64,000 nt of DNA from contig CAVPZX010000001.1 of NCBI GenBank assembly GCA_963710375.1, positions 64,001 to 128,000 of the forward strand, read 5' to 3'. Made by a program: the position numbers and the translations under genes. Shown here piece by piece: positions 29,888-41,832 of this stretch (the stretch's first letter is position 1; the number at the start of each line of letters is the position of its first letter). The stretch comes from Nitrospirota bacterium (GTDB taxonomy: Bacteria > Nitrospirota > Thermodesulfovibrionia > Thermodesulfovibrionales > Dissulfurispiraceae). The notes under the pieces were generated by a model. It did no database searches, was not told where the DNA came from, and saw nothing but the letters and a program-made list of their open reading frames with translations.

Positions 29888-32345
29888 ATGACGATACGGC
29901 AGAAACTCACCATTAATGCTGTTGTCATAGGGAGCGTGATCCTTCTTTTGGCCGCGGTAGGCGTTTCAAGTCTGATTTTTATAAAGTCTAAGTTGTCGTA
30001 CCTCTTGAGCACCAGCACGCCGTTCCAGGTGAGGACAATCGACCTGCAAAGGACCCTTCAAGTTGCTGTTTCCGACCTGCTGAAGGCAAGCGTTTCGGGC
30101 AGCGCGGACGAACTCGCCCGACAGAAGGCGAACTTCGGGAAATCGTTTTCTGAAATGAAAGAGGCCGAGGATGCGCTTGAAAAACTTTCGGGCCAGCACA
30201 GTGGACTATATGAGGACATAGGGAAATTATCCGGAGAAATATTCGATTCAGCCGGTCAACGGCTGCAGTCGGAGTCCGAAACGAGGCAGGCAGGGGCCTC
30301 TATTTCGGAAAAGATGAAGGACATGACTGCCAGGCTAAAGAATCTGGACTCAAGGGTTTCCGCCATGCAGTCAGGGTATTCAAAGGGCCTGAAGGATGAC
30401 TTTGAAAGCTCGAAAACCTCTTCCGTGAAGCTGCGGGACATGGAGGCCCTGAAGTCTTCGCTTGATGAATTGAACAATATGATCATAACCCTGCCTCATA
30501 CAAAAGAGAGGAAGCAGGCGCTGGTGCTGAAAAGCAAGTCCAACAGCATCCTCGATAACCTTTTGGAAAGCAGACCGGCGAAGGCTTCCAGGGAAATGTC
30601 CTCAACAGTGACATCCCTTAAGCAGAAAGTTTCCGAATTCTTCGAGCTTAACGCAGCAAACGCAAAGCAGCCCAGCGACGAAACAATGCGTAAGATCGAG
30701 GCGGCTTCGGCCGAAATCCGCGAAAACCTTATATTGTCTCTCGAAACGACGCTGAATCAAAGCGTTCAACTTTCTGACAATGGAAGCCTCAAGCCGGAAC
30801 AAGCACCAGGACATTTCTTTTGCTCAGTCGGGACTTGCCACGAACGTGCTTGCGGACAACGCGGCCTTGATGACGGCAGGGCTATCTGTAGAATCATTCG
30901 TGGCAAAGCTCCTGAATGCCTACACATCAGGGGAGGTCGATTACCTGGCGGAGCAAATCAGGAAGTCCTTTGACAGGGCAAATACTTACCAGAAAACTTT
31001 GGAGCAAAACCTGACGAAACTTGGCGCAAAAGATGAGCTTGTCCTGCTCAGAAACGCCTCTTCCGCACTGCATTCGATACGGGATCTGATTTACGCCGGC
31101 AACGGCGTAATAGCTAAAATACGCCAGCAAGCGGAAATGAAGGAAAGGGCGGCAGACGCCGGCAACAGGCTCCGACAAACCGTAAATAAATATACCGAGG
31201 CAGGCAGGCAGGATGTACTGGTTGCGCATAAAGCTCAGGAAGACTCCACCGCTTCAGTTAACCGTGTTGTCGGCTTAAGCATATCTTCCAGCATTATCAT
31301 AGGCGTCGTTGCAATATTGGTTTCCATTATTGCCAGTATTGCCCTATTCAGGACTGTTGTTATTCCAATAAAACGGACAGAGGAAATTTTTGAATACGCC
31401 GAGAGGGACAACGACCTTACAAAGCGTCCGAAAGTCGAAACGCATGATGAAATCGGTGATTTGTGCAGCAGCTACAACAAATTTATGGATAAACTCCATA
31501 GTACGATAAATGATGTAGCCGGATTTACATCTAACCTTGCATCGTCGTCAAGTGAGTTATCTGCGACTTCGCAACAAATGACCGGCAGGGCCAGGACGCA
31601 GGTTGAGGAAACTGAGAGCATTGCCACTGCTTCCGAGGAAATGTCGGCAACGGTACTCGACGTCTCCAGAAACGCGCAGGACGCGTCTGAATTCGCCATG
31701 CGCTTGAAAAATACTTCTCTTGAAGGCGGGGAAGTGGTCAGACAAAGTATTCATGGCATAAAGGCTGTATCCGTTTCCTTTGAAGACATCTCAAGCATTA
31801 TCGACAAACTTGCGAGCAGTTCGGAGCAGATAGGGAAAATTGTCTCTGTCATCAAGGATATTTCCGATCAGACCAATCTTCTCGCCCTGAATGCTGCCAT
31901 AGAGGCAGCCCGCGCTGGGGAACAAGGACGCGGCTTTGCCGTGGTCGCAGATGAAGTCAGGAAACTGGCAGAGAGAACCAATACCTCAGCATCTGAAATT
32001 TCCTCAATGATTTTGTCCATACAAGGAGAGGTCACAACGGCAAAAACATCTATGGAAAAAGGGAGAACGGATATCAGCACCGGCGTATCGCTGTCGAACA
32101 AGGCGGAAGAAGCTTTAAAAGAAATATCCAATGGCGTTGATACAGTGACTGACATGATATCCCATATAGCTGCTGCATCCCATCAGCAATCAACCACGGT
32201 TGAAACGATATCAGGCAATGTGCTTCACATATCCCAGGTAACAAATGAGTTTGCTGCTGCGATGTCCCAGCTTACACAGACAGCGGAGGGTCTTGATAGA
32301 ATATCATCAAAGATCCGTGAGATGGTTGGGCAATTCAAAATTTAA
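29888..32345 (+). CDS. Methyl-accepting chemotaxis protein with a large helical periplasmic domain, frameshift near 30775
   Basis: Joins ORFs 29888..30973 and 30780..32345: TM1, long helical region, TM2, HAMP (DEIGDL), MA motif [38 protein letters not shown]. Confidence 0.85.
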
Positions 32346-32434
32346 GGGCGAGCCCTATCAGATATTGTCATTTAGTATTTTTTGTAATATAATTTTTATC
32401 GGGAAGCAAGATAATATCATGGGGGCCTGAAAAA

Positions 32435-32779
32435 ATGCCTTACATCGAATACGGAGGGCTAAAAATTGCTGTCGATGACGAGGGATATCTTGCCGACGGC
32501 GAGGAATGGAATGACAAGGTAGCGTGCGCATTGGCCGAGAGTGCCGGGGTGGATGAGCTCACAAAAGACAGGCTTGACATAATACGGTTTATGCGAGAGT
32601 ACTATAAGAAATATAACTTCTTTCCAATCCTGCGCGCTGTTTGCAAAAATGTCCATCTATCAAAGGATTGCTTTAGTGAGAAGTTTCTCGATCCCCTTAC
32701 TGCATGGAAAATAGCTGGACTCCCCAAGCCTGATGAGCATGTAATCGCCGACTTACGCGGAGAAGGCGGGGTTGTCTAA
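32435..32779 (+). CDS. TusE/DsrC/DsvC family protein lacking the C-terminal cysteines
   Basis: VDDEGYL..EEWN, IIRFMREYY, AWKIAGLPKP. Confidence 0.85.
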   Translation: MPYIEYGGLKIAVDDEGYLADGEEWNDKVACALAESAGVDELTKDRLDIIRFMREYYKKYNFFPILRAVCKNVHLSKDCFSEKFLDPLTAWKIAGLPKPDEHVIADLRGEGGVV

Positions 32780-32782
32780 GGG

Positions 32783-33529
32783 CTAAGTTTCTCTTGCTGA
32801 TAAGTATTGCGCAGCCCCGGTATCAGCTAGGTATAATAAGCTCCCCTTCTCGGTGACCACCAGTGACGCGGGAAGATTGGGGTCTCTCCTCTCCACAACA
32901 TCACGGAACACCGATGCCTTTGTCTTCCCGGTCACAAGAAATACCACCATGCGTGCATTGTTAATTACTGAAAGCGTCAGCGTGATCCGGTCATGCCGGT
33001 TTTTATCAAGGGCCACTGCACTGGCAAGATGACGATTATCACGGAGCGCAGCATCCCCTGGGAAAAGCGATGCGGTATGCCCGTCCGCGCCTATTCCAAG
33101 CATAACAAGATCGAATTCGGGAATGCCTTTGGCAGGGAGCTTGAAAAATCCTTTTATTTCCTCTTCATACTTTTTCGCCGACAACAGCGGATCTGTTTCA
33201 CCGGTAGCTACGGCATGGATATTACCGGCCGGGATTGATATATTTTTTAAGAGTGTCTCGCTGAGCAAACGGTAATTGCTGTCAGCGCTGCCCCATGGGA
33301 CAAAGCGCTCATCAGCGAAAAACAGGTGCGTTCTGTCCCACCTAAGCCGCGCTCCCTGAACAGCGAGTCTCCGGTAAAACGGCACCGGTGTTTCTCCTCC
33401 TGAAAGGGCTGCTGTGAAAAAGCCCCGGCTCTCTACAGCGTGTCCGGAGAGTTCGGTCCAGCGCTCCACCATAAAATTTGCCAACTGATCGCCTGTCTCA
33501 AAAATCAGGATTTTACGCGAATTTTTCAT
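32783..33529 (-). CDS. pgl: 6-phosphogluconolactonase
   Basis: ALSGGETP, DERFVP..DSNY, LGIGADGHTASLFP, RITLT. Confidence 0.95.
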   Translation of the reverse strand: MKNSRKILIFETGDQLANFMVERWTELSGHAVESRGFFTAALSGGETPVPFYRRLAVQGARLRWDRTHLFFADERFVPWGSADSNYRLLSETLLKNISIPAGNIHAVATGETDPLLSAKKYEEEIKGFFKLPAKGIPEFDLVMLGIGADGHTASLFPGDAALRDNRHLASAVALDKNRHDRITLTLSVINNARMVVFLVTGKTKASVFRDVVERRDPNLPASLVVTEKGSLLYLADTGAAQYLSARET

Positions 33530-33540
33530 GACCCTGACTT

Positions 33541-35085
33541 TTACCTTGTTATCCAGCGACGCCCGTCCTGCTCAAGCAGCCGGTTCGCCGCTTCCGGACC
33601 CCAGGTGCCGGCAGCGTAATTAGGGAAATCCAAAGGGGGAGTACTTTCCCACAGGCTGATGATCGGGTCAACGATCTCCCACATCTCCTCGACAGTATCT
33701 TGCCTCACAAAAAGCGTCATATCCCCTTTCAGCATATCGACAAGCAACCGCTCATAAGCAGGGTGCACGGGCAGCTTAAATGTTTCGTTATAGTTGAAAA
33801 CCATATCCACCGGATATACCTGGTTCTCGGAATAGGGGTATTTCACACTAAACCGTAGGGAAATCTTTTCATGAGGCTGGATGGTCAGAACAAGTATATT
33901 AGGCTCCAGGATATCGCATGTCCTCCCGAAGAGCTTGACAGGAAAATGTTTAAGCTGTAAGCATATCTCGGTGACCCGCCTGGGCATGCGCTTGCCTGTG
34001 CGGAAATAAAAAGGCACACCTGCCCACCGGAGATTGTCTATATAGAATTTTCCGGCAAAAAAAGTGGGGACGTTTGAATCAGAGGCTACCCGGTCCTCCG
34101 CTCGGTAGCCCGGGACCTCGCTGCCGTTTAATTCCCCTCGGCCATACTGCCCCCTTACCAAATAGTTTGCATCTATTGAATGGACCGACCTGAATATTTT
34201 TAATTTCTCCTCGCGTATAAAATCGTCTTTAAACCCAACAGGAGGCTCCATTGCGATAAGGCCGAAAAGTTGCATCATGTGATTCTGCACGATGTCCCTC
34301 ACCACCCCGGCCTGTTCATAGAATGCGCCCCGGTGCTCGATGCCGACATCTTCAGCGACAGTAATCTGCACATTGTCCACGTAATGCCGGTTCCATATTT
34401 CAGCAAAAAGAGTATTGATAAAACGCAGGAATATAATGTTCTGGACCGGGTCTTTGGCAAGGTAATGATCTATCCGGTATATTTGACGTTCATCAAACGT
34501 GTCGGTCAATACCTTATTAAATTCGACTGCAGACTTACGGTCATTCCCGAACGGTTTTTCAATAATTATTTTGGTATTGAATATCCCCTGACAGAGGTTG
34601 TGCTTCTTTAATTGATGAACGGCCATCGGAACAACTTGCGGTGGGACCGCCATGTAGTAAACAACCTCCTTGCTTCCTTTAGCATCAGGGATGGTAATCC
34701 GGGAAATCTTCACGCTCAGGTCTTCATAGCTCTCATCTTGCCCGAAATCTCCAGAAAGAAAGTAAAGATGCCGGCTGAACTGGTCCCATTTCTCCTCGTC
34801 AAATTCTCCTTCACCGAACTGTTTGACTGCATCCTTCATCATGGCCCTGTAATCCTCATCACTCATTTTATTGCGGCCGAAACCGAGTATCGAGAATTTC
34901 TGATCAGGCACCACTTTGTCGCAAAATAGACTAAAGATTGCCGGCAGAAGCTTTCGCTTGCTCAGATCACCGGCCCCGCCGAAGATCACCATGGTAAATG
35001 GCTCGATAACGGTTTTCTCTGCCGGTATATCGCAGGTTTGAAGGAACTTGCTGTAGAGAACCTCTTTATCTATTTCAGAAGTCAT
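33541..35085 (-). CDS. zwf: Glucose-6-phosphate 1-dehydrogenase
   Basis: GGAGDLSKRKL, EKPFG, RIDHYLAK, RDIVQNH, RWAGVPFYFRTGK. Confidence 0.97.
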   Translation of the reverse strand: MTSEIDKEVLYSKFLQTCDIPAEKTVIEPFTMVIFGGAGDLSKRKLLPAIFSLFCDKVVPDQKFSILGFGRNKMSDEDYRAMMKDAVKQFGEGEFDEEKWDQFSRHLYFLSGDFGQDESYEDLSVKISRITIPDAKGSKEVVYYMAVPPQVVPMAVHQLKKHNLCQGIFNTKIIIEKPFGNDRKSAVEFNKVLTDTFDERQIYRIDHYLAKDPVQNIIFLRFINTLFAEIWNRHYVDNVQITVAEDVGIEHRGAFYEQAGVVRDIVQNHMMQLFGLIAMEPPVGFKDDFIREEKLKIFRSVHSIDANYLVRGQYGRGELNGSEVPGYRAEDRVASDSNVPTFFAGKFYIDNLRWAGVPFYFRTGKRMPRRVTEICLQLKHFPVKLFGRTCDILEPNILVLTIQPHEKISLRFSVKYPYSENQVYPVDMVFNYNETFKLPVHPAYERLLVDMLKGDMTLFVRQDTVEEMWEIVDPIISLWESTPPLDFPNYAAGTWGPEAANRLLEQDGRRWITR

Positions 35086-35098
35086 GGCTCGACACTCC

Positions 35099-35962
35099 TT
35101 ACGCTATAAGATCATTCCAGTCTTTCGAAAACCTTTCCATACCCTTGACCGTCAGGTCATGGGCAATATCATAGTCCCGCCAATTCTTCGAAAGATCGAT
35201 ATCTTTATATGGGATGTCTTTCAGTGAGTCATGCTTGTAAATATAATTGGCGTCAGGAAAAGGCATGCCCCTCTGTCCCCATTGCCGTATTATTTCATAC
35301 GGGGAGGTGATTATGTCGGAGCCAAGTTTCAGAGCGTAGAGAAAGTGGTCCATGCTGCGAACGCTGGCAGTCAGCACTTCCACATGGCCGTCGCCCTGGC
35401 GGTACATCTTTAAAATACTCGCAATCAAATCCATCCCGTTTTCTCCCCTGTCGTCAAGCCTGCCAATAAAAGGAGAGACAAATACCTGCCCTTTCCGGGC
35501 GCCTCTCGTTGCGGCGTAAACAGCCGCCGCCTGCTCCTGCGTGAAGCAAAGAGTCATGTTGACGCGAAGTCCTTCTTTGATTGCCTGTTCCGCTGCTTTC
35601 AGTCCCTCCGTTGATGTCGGGAACTTTATGTGCGCATTGGGTATCCAGGAAAACATATCCCTGCCCATTGCCAGCATTTTTTCTGCCGGAGTCGATGAAT
35701 CAGCATAGACTTCAACAGAGACAGACCCCAGGGGTATCAAAGCAGAGATGGTCTTTACCACGTTGCGGTAAAAATCAAATATCTCATCCTGCGTGAATTT
35801 CGATCCGTGCGCAAGGCGATCTTTGGCCCTTGGGTTTTTCGAGATGAGAGTAGGATTTGTTGTCTGTCCGTCAAGAAAACCCAGAAGAGAGATGACTCCT
35901 ACGGCCTCATCAGGGTCGCCTCCGTCCAGAAATATTCTTGACCTTAGGTTCTGCGGTTTCAT
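35099..35962 (-). CDS. tal: Transaldolase
   Basis: IFLDG, GQTTNPTL, IKFPSTTEG, VNMTLCF, SPFIGRLDD. Confidence 0.92.
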   Translation of the reverse strand: MKPQNLRSRIFLDGGDPDEAVGVISLLGFLDGQTTNPTLISKNPRAKDRLAHGSKFTQDEIFDFYRNVVKTISALIPLGSVSVEVYADSSTPAEKMLAMGRDMFSWIPNAHIKFPTSTEGLKAAEQAIKEGLRVNMTLCFTQEQAAAVYAATRGARKGQVFVSPFIGRLDDRGENGMDLIASILKMYRQGDGHVEVLTASVRSMDHFLYALKLGSDIITSPYEIIRQWGQRGMPFPDANYIYKHDSLKDIPYKDIDLSKNWRDYDIAHDLTVKGMERFSKDWNDLIA

Positions 35963-37824
35963 AAAACCTCCCTTACCTTTTTTATAATAGCGTTCTTTGA
36001 AATCTCCTCGTAATCAAGCAACTCTTCCGGTTTTCCGCTTTTGGGCATCTTACGCACCGCCAGCGAGTATATCGGTGTGGGCTCACCGGCAAGGGCGCTC
36101 CTGACCGCCTCTCCGATGCCGCCTTCTTCGTGATGGTCCTCTACTGTTATGACTGCCCTGGTACCCATTATCGTCCATTTAAGGGCCTCACTGTCGATCG
36201 GCTTTATACAGTAAAGATCGACAACCCGGATATTAATGCCTTCTCTTGCAAGTTCCTCGCAGGCTGCGAGCGCTTCAAAAACCGTCACACCCGCAGCGAT
36301 GACCGTGACACTATCGTTGACGCTCTGCCTGAGGGTCTTGGATTTTCCGATGGGGAATGACTCATGCGCACCATAAAGGATTGGGGTATTTTCTCTTGTG
36401 GTGCGTATGTAGACCATCCCTTTGTGCAGCGCAGCCTCTTCTACCAGTTTTTCGGTTGAGATGGCATCGGAAGGATACAGCACGACACAGTTCAGCACCG
36501 ACCTGAACATTGCGATGTCCTCGAGGCCCATTTGGGAGGGACCATCCTGTCCTATGGATACCCCTGCATGGGACCCGCAGAATTTTATGTTCGACTCCGA
36601 ATACTGGGTCATTCTTATCTGGTCGAAGGCACGGGTAAAGAATGCCGCGAAAGTAGATACAAAAGGTATTTTCCCCCTGCAAACTAAACCCAATGCAGAG
36701 CCTACCATATTCTGCTCCGCAATATACATCTCGAAAAACAGGTCCGGGAAGGCATTCTTAAATTCATCGGAATAAGTTGAATTGCTCACCTCGCCATCAA
36801 GCACCACCATATCCGGGAATTCAGGGAATATCCGCTTCAGTGCATTGCCGTATGCCTTTCTCGTTGCAACAGGTTTTCCATTATCGTATCCGAGTGGACC
36901 GGCATTGCCGGGGGAGTTCTTCTCAGGGTAAAGGTCTTCAGGTTTGGCTATTTGTCCCCTCAATGAGGTATCGACAGTCCCCAGGTCCCTGAGTGCCTGA
37001 TCGAGTTGCTCCTTGTTCAACGCCTTGCCGTGCCAGCCGTTTTTATCCTCAACAAAAGATACTCCCTTGCCTTTGATAGTCCTGGCGATTATCATCACAG
37101 GCTTGTCCCTGCTCTCCACTGCTTTGTAATAAGCAGGCAGTATCTCATCAAAGTTGTGCCCGTCTATGACAATCGTCTCCCAGCCGAATGAAGCAATTCT
37201 TGATTCATATGCCCCGGTATCATGGCCATACATAGTTTCACCGCGCTGTCCCAGGCGATTAACGTCGAGAATGCCGATGAGGTTATTGAGCCTGTAATGA
37301 GCGGCCAACTGCATCGCCTCCCATTGCGAGCCTTCCGCCATCTCGCTGTCACCAAGCAGCACGTAAGTTCGATAGGGGAGCTTGTCAACATATTTGGCGT
37401 TCAGGGCCATTCCTGATCCGATGGAGAGCCCCTGTCCCAACGAGCCGGTTGCCGCCTCGGCATAACGGAAAGTTACCGTAGGATGACCCTCCAGCGTGCT
37501 TCCGAACTGCCTGTACGTCATCAATTCCTGCACGCTTATTTTTCCGGCTGCGGTCCATAAGGAATAAAGGAGCGGAGAAGCATGGCCTTTAGAAAAGATG
37601 AGGCGGTCATTGTTGGGATGTTTTGGGTTTTCTGCATTGTATTTGAATAATCCTGTAAACATAAGTCCGACGAGCAAATCGGCAGCTGACAAAGAAGACG
37701 TAGGATGGCCCGAGCCGGCCCCGGTAGTGCAAATAAGTATAAAATAGCGGACCAGCCTGGCAAGCTTTTCGAGATCAACCGTCCCTTCTTTATGGCCGGC
37801 CACATTCTTTATTTCATCTTTCAT
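35959..37824 (-). CDS. tkt: Transketolase
   Basis: SGHPTSSLS, SKGHA, TGSLGQG, GDSEMAEG, IAEQNMV, GQDGPSQM. Confidence 0.96.
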   Translation of the reverse strand: MKDEIKNVAGHKEGTVDLEKLARLVRYFILICTTGAGSGHPTSSLSAADLLVGLMFTGLFKYNAENPKHPNNDRLIFSKGHASPLLYSLWTAAGKISVQELMTYRQFGSTLEGHPTVTFRYAEAATGSLGQGLSIGSGMALNAKYVDKLPYRTYVLLGDSEMAEGSQWEAMQLAAHYRLNNLIGILDVNRLGQRGETMYGHDTGAYESRIASFGWETIVIDGHNFDEILPAYYKAVESRDKPVMIIARTIKGKGVSFVEDKNGWHGKALNKEQLDQALRDLGTVDTSLRGQIAKPEDLYPEKNSPGNAGPLGYDNGKPVATRKAYGNALKRIFPEFPDMVVLDGEVSNSTYSDEFKNAFPDLFFEMYIAEQNMVGSALGLVCRGKIPFVSTFAAFFTRAFDQIRMTQYSESNIKFCGSHAGVSIGQDGPSQMGLEDIAMFRSVLNCVVLYPSDAISTEKLVEEAALHKGMVYIRTTRENTPILYGAHESFPIGKSKTLRQSVNDSVTVIAAGVTVFEALAACEELAREGINIRVVDLYCIKPIDSEALKWTIMGTRAVITVEDHHEEGGIGEAVRSALAGEPTPIYSLAVRKMPKSGKPEELLDYEEISKNAIIKKVREVL

Positions 37825-38066
37825 TTGGCACCTCACTTTTAATGGCTTAAGAATCAAGCGTCCCGGTAGCTGAATACCATAAATTGTATCACATATTTTA
37901 ATGTTCCGTTACTTTGCGCCCGGCAGAAGATTTATGTCTGAATTGACATGTATTAACCTTTTTTTTTTGGATTGCGCTTTGTATTCCTCTCAGAATTGAA
38001 TTATAATTCTCTCACTATGTGTGATGCAGTAAATCGATGTCAGTTGTGCACGATAAGAGGTCAGAG

Positions 38067-39540
38067 ATGTACATAGTCATGATAACTCCGGAATGTGCCC
38101 CTGCCGCTAAAGTGGGCGGCCTCGCAGACGTTGTGTACGGTCTTTGCCACGAGACTCGATATCCGGGGAAACGATGTCGAAATCATACTGCCGAAATACG
38201 ACTGCATGCGGTATGATCAGATCTATGGGCTGCAAATGGCCTATAACGACCTATGGGTCCCTTTTTATGAGCGATGGGTGCATTGCTCAGTATTTTTCGG
38301 TTTCGTGCACGGAAGGAAATGTTATTTTATCGACCCCCATTCGGAGAAGAACTTCTTTAACAGGGGTATTTTTTACGGCCATAGCGACGATCCCGAGCGG
38401 TTTGCTTTTTTCTGCAGGGCTGCCCTTGAGTTTATGCTCAAGTCGAATAAGCATCCCGACATAATCCACTGCCACGACTGGCAGACCGGAATCGTGCCGG
38501 TACTTCTCTTTGATATGTTCAAGGGTTATGGCATGACACATCCCCGCGTCTGTTACACCCTGCACAACCTCATGCATCAGGGAGTGACCGGGGAGTTTAT
38601 ATTGCGTGCTGTTGGACTCCACAGGCCGGATTATTATCTTCACCCCGACCGGCTCAGGGATAACTTCAATCATTCCGCATTGAACCTCATGAAGGCCGGT
38701 ATTGTATATTCGAATTTTGTGACTACCGTGTCTCCCAGTTATGCATGGGAGATCAAGCATTCCGAACTGTCATACGGACTCGGTCACACCCTTCACGTCC
38801 ATGGGCAGAAGTTCGGTGGTATCCTTAACGGCATTGACTACGACGTATGGAACCCCGAGATCGACCGGTACATCCCATACCGGTATAAAATAGAAACGAT
38901 TCAGGACAAATACGGTAACAAAGAGGCACTTCGCAACAGGCTTCTCCTCCGGCATGTTTATAAGCCCATCGTATCGTACATAGGCAGACTGGACCAACAA
39001 AAAGGGGTAGGACTGATAAGGGATGCAATATTCTATTGCCTGTCAAACGGCTGCCAATTCGTCCTTCTTGGTTCTGGTCCGGACCACGGTATTCACAATC
39101 ATTTTCTCCATCTCAAGCACCAGCTGAATGACAACCCCGACTGCCATATCGAGATCGGATTTAACGAGGAACTCTCGCACCTCATATATGCCGGATCGGA
39201 TATGATAATTGTCCCCAGCCTGTTCGAGCCCTGCGGGCTGACCCAAATGATAGCCCTGAAATACGGGACAGTGCCTGTAGTGAGGGCGACCGGTGGTTTG
39301 CGGGACACGGTCTTTGATGCCGACTATAGCCATAGGCCCTATCACGAGCGGAACGGATATGTATTCAACGACTTCAATTTCGAGGGAATGCAGTCGGCGC
39401 TTACGCGCGCAATCGGCATGTGGTATTCTTATCCGCAACACTTCAGGGAACTGATGGTAAACGGCATGCGCTATGATTTTTCATGGAACCACCCCGCATA
39501 CCACTACCTGAATATCTATGCACATATCAGGGACAAGTGA
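38067..39540 (+). CDS. glgA: Glycogen/starch synthase (GT5, GlgA2-like), frameshift near 38153
   Basis: True start ATG 38067 gives MYIVMITPECAPAAKVGGLADVVYGL (KxGGL ADP-glucose motif), then shifts into ORF 38095..39540 with HCHDWQTG, RLDQQKG, PSLFEPCGLTQM. Confidence 0.92.
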
Positions 39541-39571
39541 GGGCTTTGTTTAGTACCTCAGTCGCGCCTCC

Positions 39572-41563
39572 TTATTTTTGTCCGCATTCACTCTTGAGAC
39601 CATCGATAAGACTTGCTATTTCGTCTGATACATTCTCCATCTCCGTGTAAATCCTGTCCGCTTTTGCCTTATCGCCCATATTGTGTGCCTGGACAGCTTC
39701 TTTTGCCATAGCATGTATTTTTTTATGCGGCTCGCTTAATGCCTTAAAGCCGCGGAATCTGCCGCACAGCTGCTCCCCTTCGCTAAAATACCATTTCCCG
39801 AATCTGCATGATCTGTCGTCCGGTAATTGTGACGGTTCAATGGTTGCTTCACCATGAAGGCATGAACTTATTTTGCCCATGAATATCCTGTGGTCTGTTT
39901 TGGCCAAATCAAGTATCATCAATCCCTGTCCTTTGACTTTGAACCCGGAAGTGAAATTCCTTAATTCCTCCGCAGTCTTTGAAAGACCGCTCACCTCATG
40001 TAAGACATCCCTTGATATGACCTCCATCTCCCTCGATATAGCCGATGTTTTTTCAATGCCGCCTGCCACCTGCTCCGCTGCTGCCGATTGTTGATCGACA
40101 GCAGTGGCAATTTGCGTTATCTGGTCTTTAACTCCCTGCACCTCGTTCACAATGCGGTGTAAAGAATCTCCAACATTTTTTATATATTCATTAGCCTTTG
40201 TTACTTCTTCGGATGCCTCATTCATTGACTTTGAAGTCTGTTCGGATTCAGACTGTATCGTCCCGATTTTGTCTGATATTTCGGCCGTTGCCTTTATTGT
40301 TCTTTCAGCAAGTTTGCGGACTTCGTCTGCAACAACCGCGAACCCCCTTCCTTGCTCCCCTGCCCTTGCAGCTTCTATTGCGGCATTTAAAGCAAGCAGG
40401 TTTGTCTGATCGGCTATGTCGGTAATTACTGTTACTATGTCTCCCACCTCCGCAGCGCGGCCATTAAGTTTTTCGACCATTGTTGCGAGTTCCATTGTGG
40501 AAGTGTGTACCTTTTTCACTATTCCGACCGCTCCATCGGCCACTTGCAAACCCTCCGAAGCAGTCTCCATCGCTCTGGAAGAAGTATCCGACGCCGCTGA
40601 GGCATTTTTTGCTATGTCCGTTATCGTATGGGTCATTTCCTCAGCGGCAGTCGAAATTTGAGCAGCCTGATCAGCCTGGCTGCTTGCCCCGTCTTCCGCT
40701 TTTTGCGCCCTCACCCTCAACATATCGACGGTTGATACCAAATCGTTTGCAGAGGTCACTATAGTACCTATTATTTTATTGAATGACTTGTTCATTCCAC
40801 TGAATGAAGATAGTAATTGTCCGGTCTCATCAGTGCTGGTGACTTCAATATCGGAAGTCAGGTCGCCTTCAGCCATCTTGTTGGATATGTTAATTGTTTC
40901 AATGAGAGGGCGGGTTATGCCGCGGGCAATTAAAAAACTGATGACAAATCCGATGGCAACCGACACCAAGCCTATTATCCCTAAAATGGTTTTGGCTTTC
41001 AGTGATATGCTCGCCACTGTATTCTTGGCGGAAGCAAATCTGCCGACACCCTCGTTAAAAAAGTTTTCGGCAGATGCCTCCGTATTGTTTATAGCGTCTT
41101 TGTACTGAGTGATCGCGGCATTGGCTTCCTGAGGGGTTTTTATCCTGCCTGCCCCTATGTCACTGTATACTTTATTAAACCCGGAGTAATAAAGCGATAA
41201 AGAATTATTCATAGTTTTTACAGAATCTTTTTCTTTGGAGGTTTGTAAAACTGTTTCCAGGCTCTTTAGCGCCTTAGTGGCGGCTTCATAGTGTGAGCTC
41301 CATTTTTTGAAAGATTCGCTTCTTTTATCCTGAGAATCGATATTCAAAAACAGGTCCTTCTCAAAACGGCGCATGCCGAGGACTTCGGTCATTAACCGTG
41401 AAGCGTGCTCCGCTATACGCCCGTCTACATCGGTTACTTCAGCAATAGTATCTGAAGACATGGAAATACAATAGTAACCCACTATCCCCATTGCTATAAT
41501 AAGAAAAGACATTAAGCCGGTTAATAAAAGCAACCTAGTACCGATTTTAGCGTTTTTTAACAT
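39572..41563 (-). CDS. Methyl-accepting chemotaxis protein with C-terminal CZB zinc-binding domain
   Basis: Two TM segments, HAMP, MA motif; DHRIF..CRFGKWY..HKKIH. Confidence 0.9.
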   Translation of the reverse strand: MLKNAKIGTRLLLLTGLMSFLIIAMGIVGYYCISMSSDTIAEVTDVDGRIAEHASRLMTEVLGMRRFEKDLFLNIDSQDKRSESFKKWSSHYEAATKALKSLETVLQTSKEKDSVKTMNNSLSLYYSGFNKVYSDIGAGRIKTPQEANAAITQYKDAINNTEASAENFFNEGVGRFASAKNTVASISLKAKTILGIIGLVSVAIGFVISFLIARGITRPLIETINISNKMAEGDLTSDIEVTSTDETGQLLSSFSGMNKSFNKIIGTIVTSANDLVSTVDMLRVRAQKAEDGASSQADQAAQISTAAEEMTHTITDIAKNASAASDTSSRAMETASEGLQVADGAVGIVKKVHTSTMELATMVEKLNGRAAEVGDIVTVITDIADQTNLLALNAAIEAARAGEQGRGFAVVADEVRKLAERTIKATAEISDKIGTIQSESEQTSKSMNEASEEVTKANEYIKNVGDSLHRIVNEVQGVKDQITQIATAVDQQSAAAEQVAGGIEKTSAISREMEVISRDVLHEVSGLSKTAEELRNFTSGFKVKGQGLMILDLAKTDHRIFMGKISSCLHGEATIEPSQLPDDRSCRFGKWYFSEGEQLCGRFRGFKALSEPHKKIHAMAKEAVQAHNMGDKAKADRIYTEMENVSDEIASLIDGLKSECGQK

Positions 41564-41702
41564 TGTTGCCCTCCATTATTTTTCAAATCTTGCCATTATT
41601 ATGATATAGATAGTAATTTTATCTGCGTTTTATAATTTGCAATTTTACTGCCGTACCAAATAGCTGATTTTCAATTGTTAGATTTGATTGACGCAATAAT
41701 GC

Positions 41703-41822
41703 AGCAAGTGCTATGCCAGGCTAGACGATGCATTATCCTTTTGATTTATTGGGATTTCTGAGAAATGTTACACAACGTGGATGTGGATTAATTCCAATGT
41801 TTTTGGAAAAATTCCATAATTG
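41703..41822 (-). promoter_or_regulatory. Sigma54 promoter with conserved upstream module (copy 3)
   Basis: CTGGCATAGCACTTGCT on the minus strand at 41703-41719; upstream TGGAATTTTTCCA, TGGAATTAATCCA and CTCAGAAATCCCAATAAATCAA. Confidence 0.8.
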
Positions 41823-41832
41823 CATATTGTCT

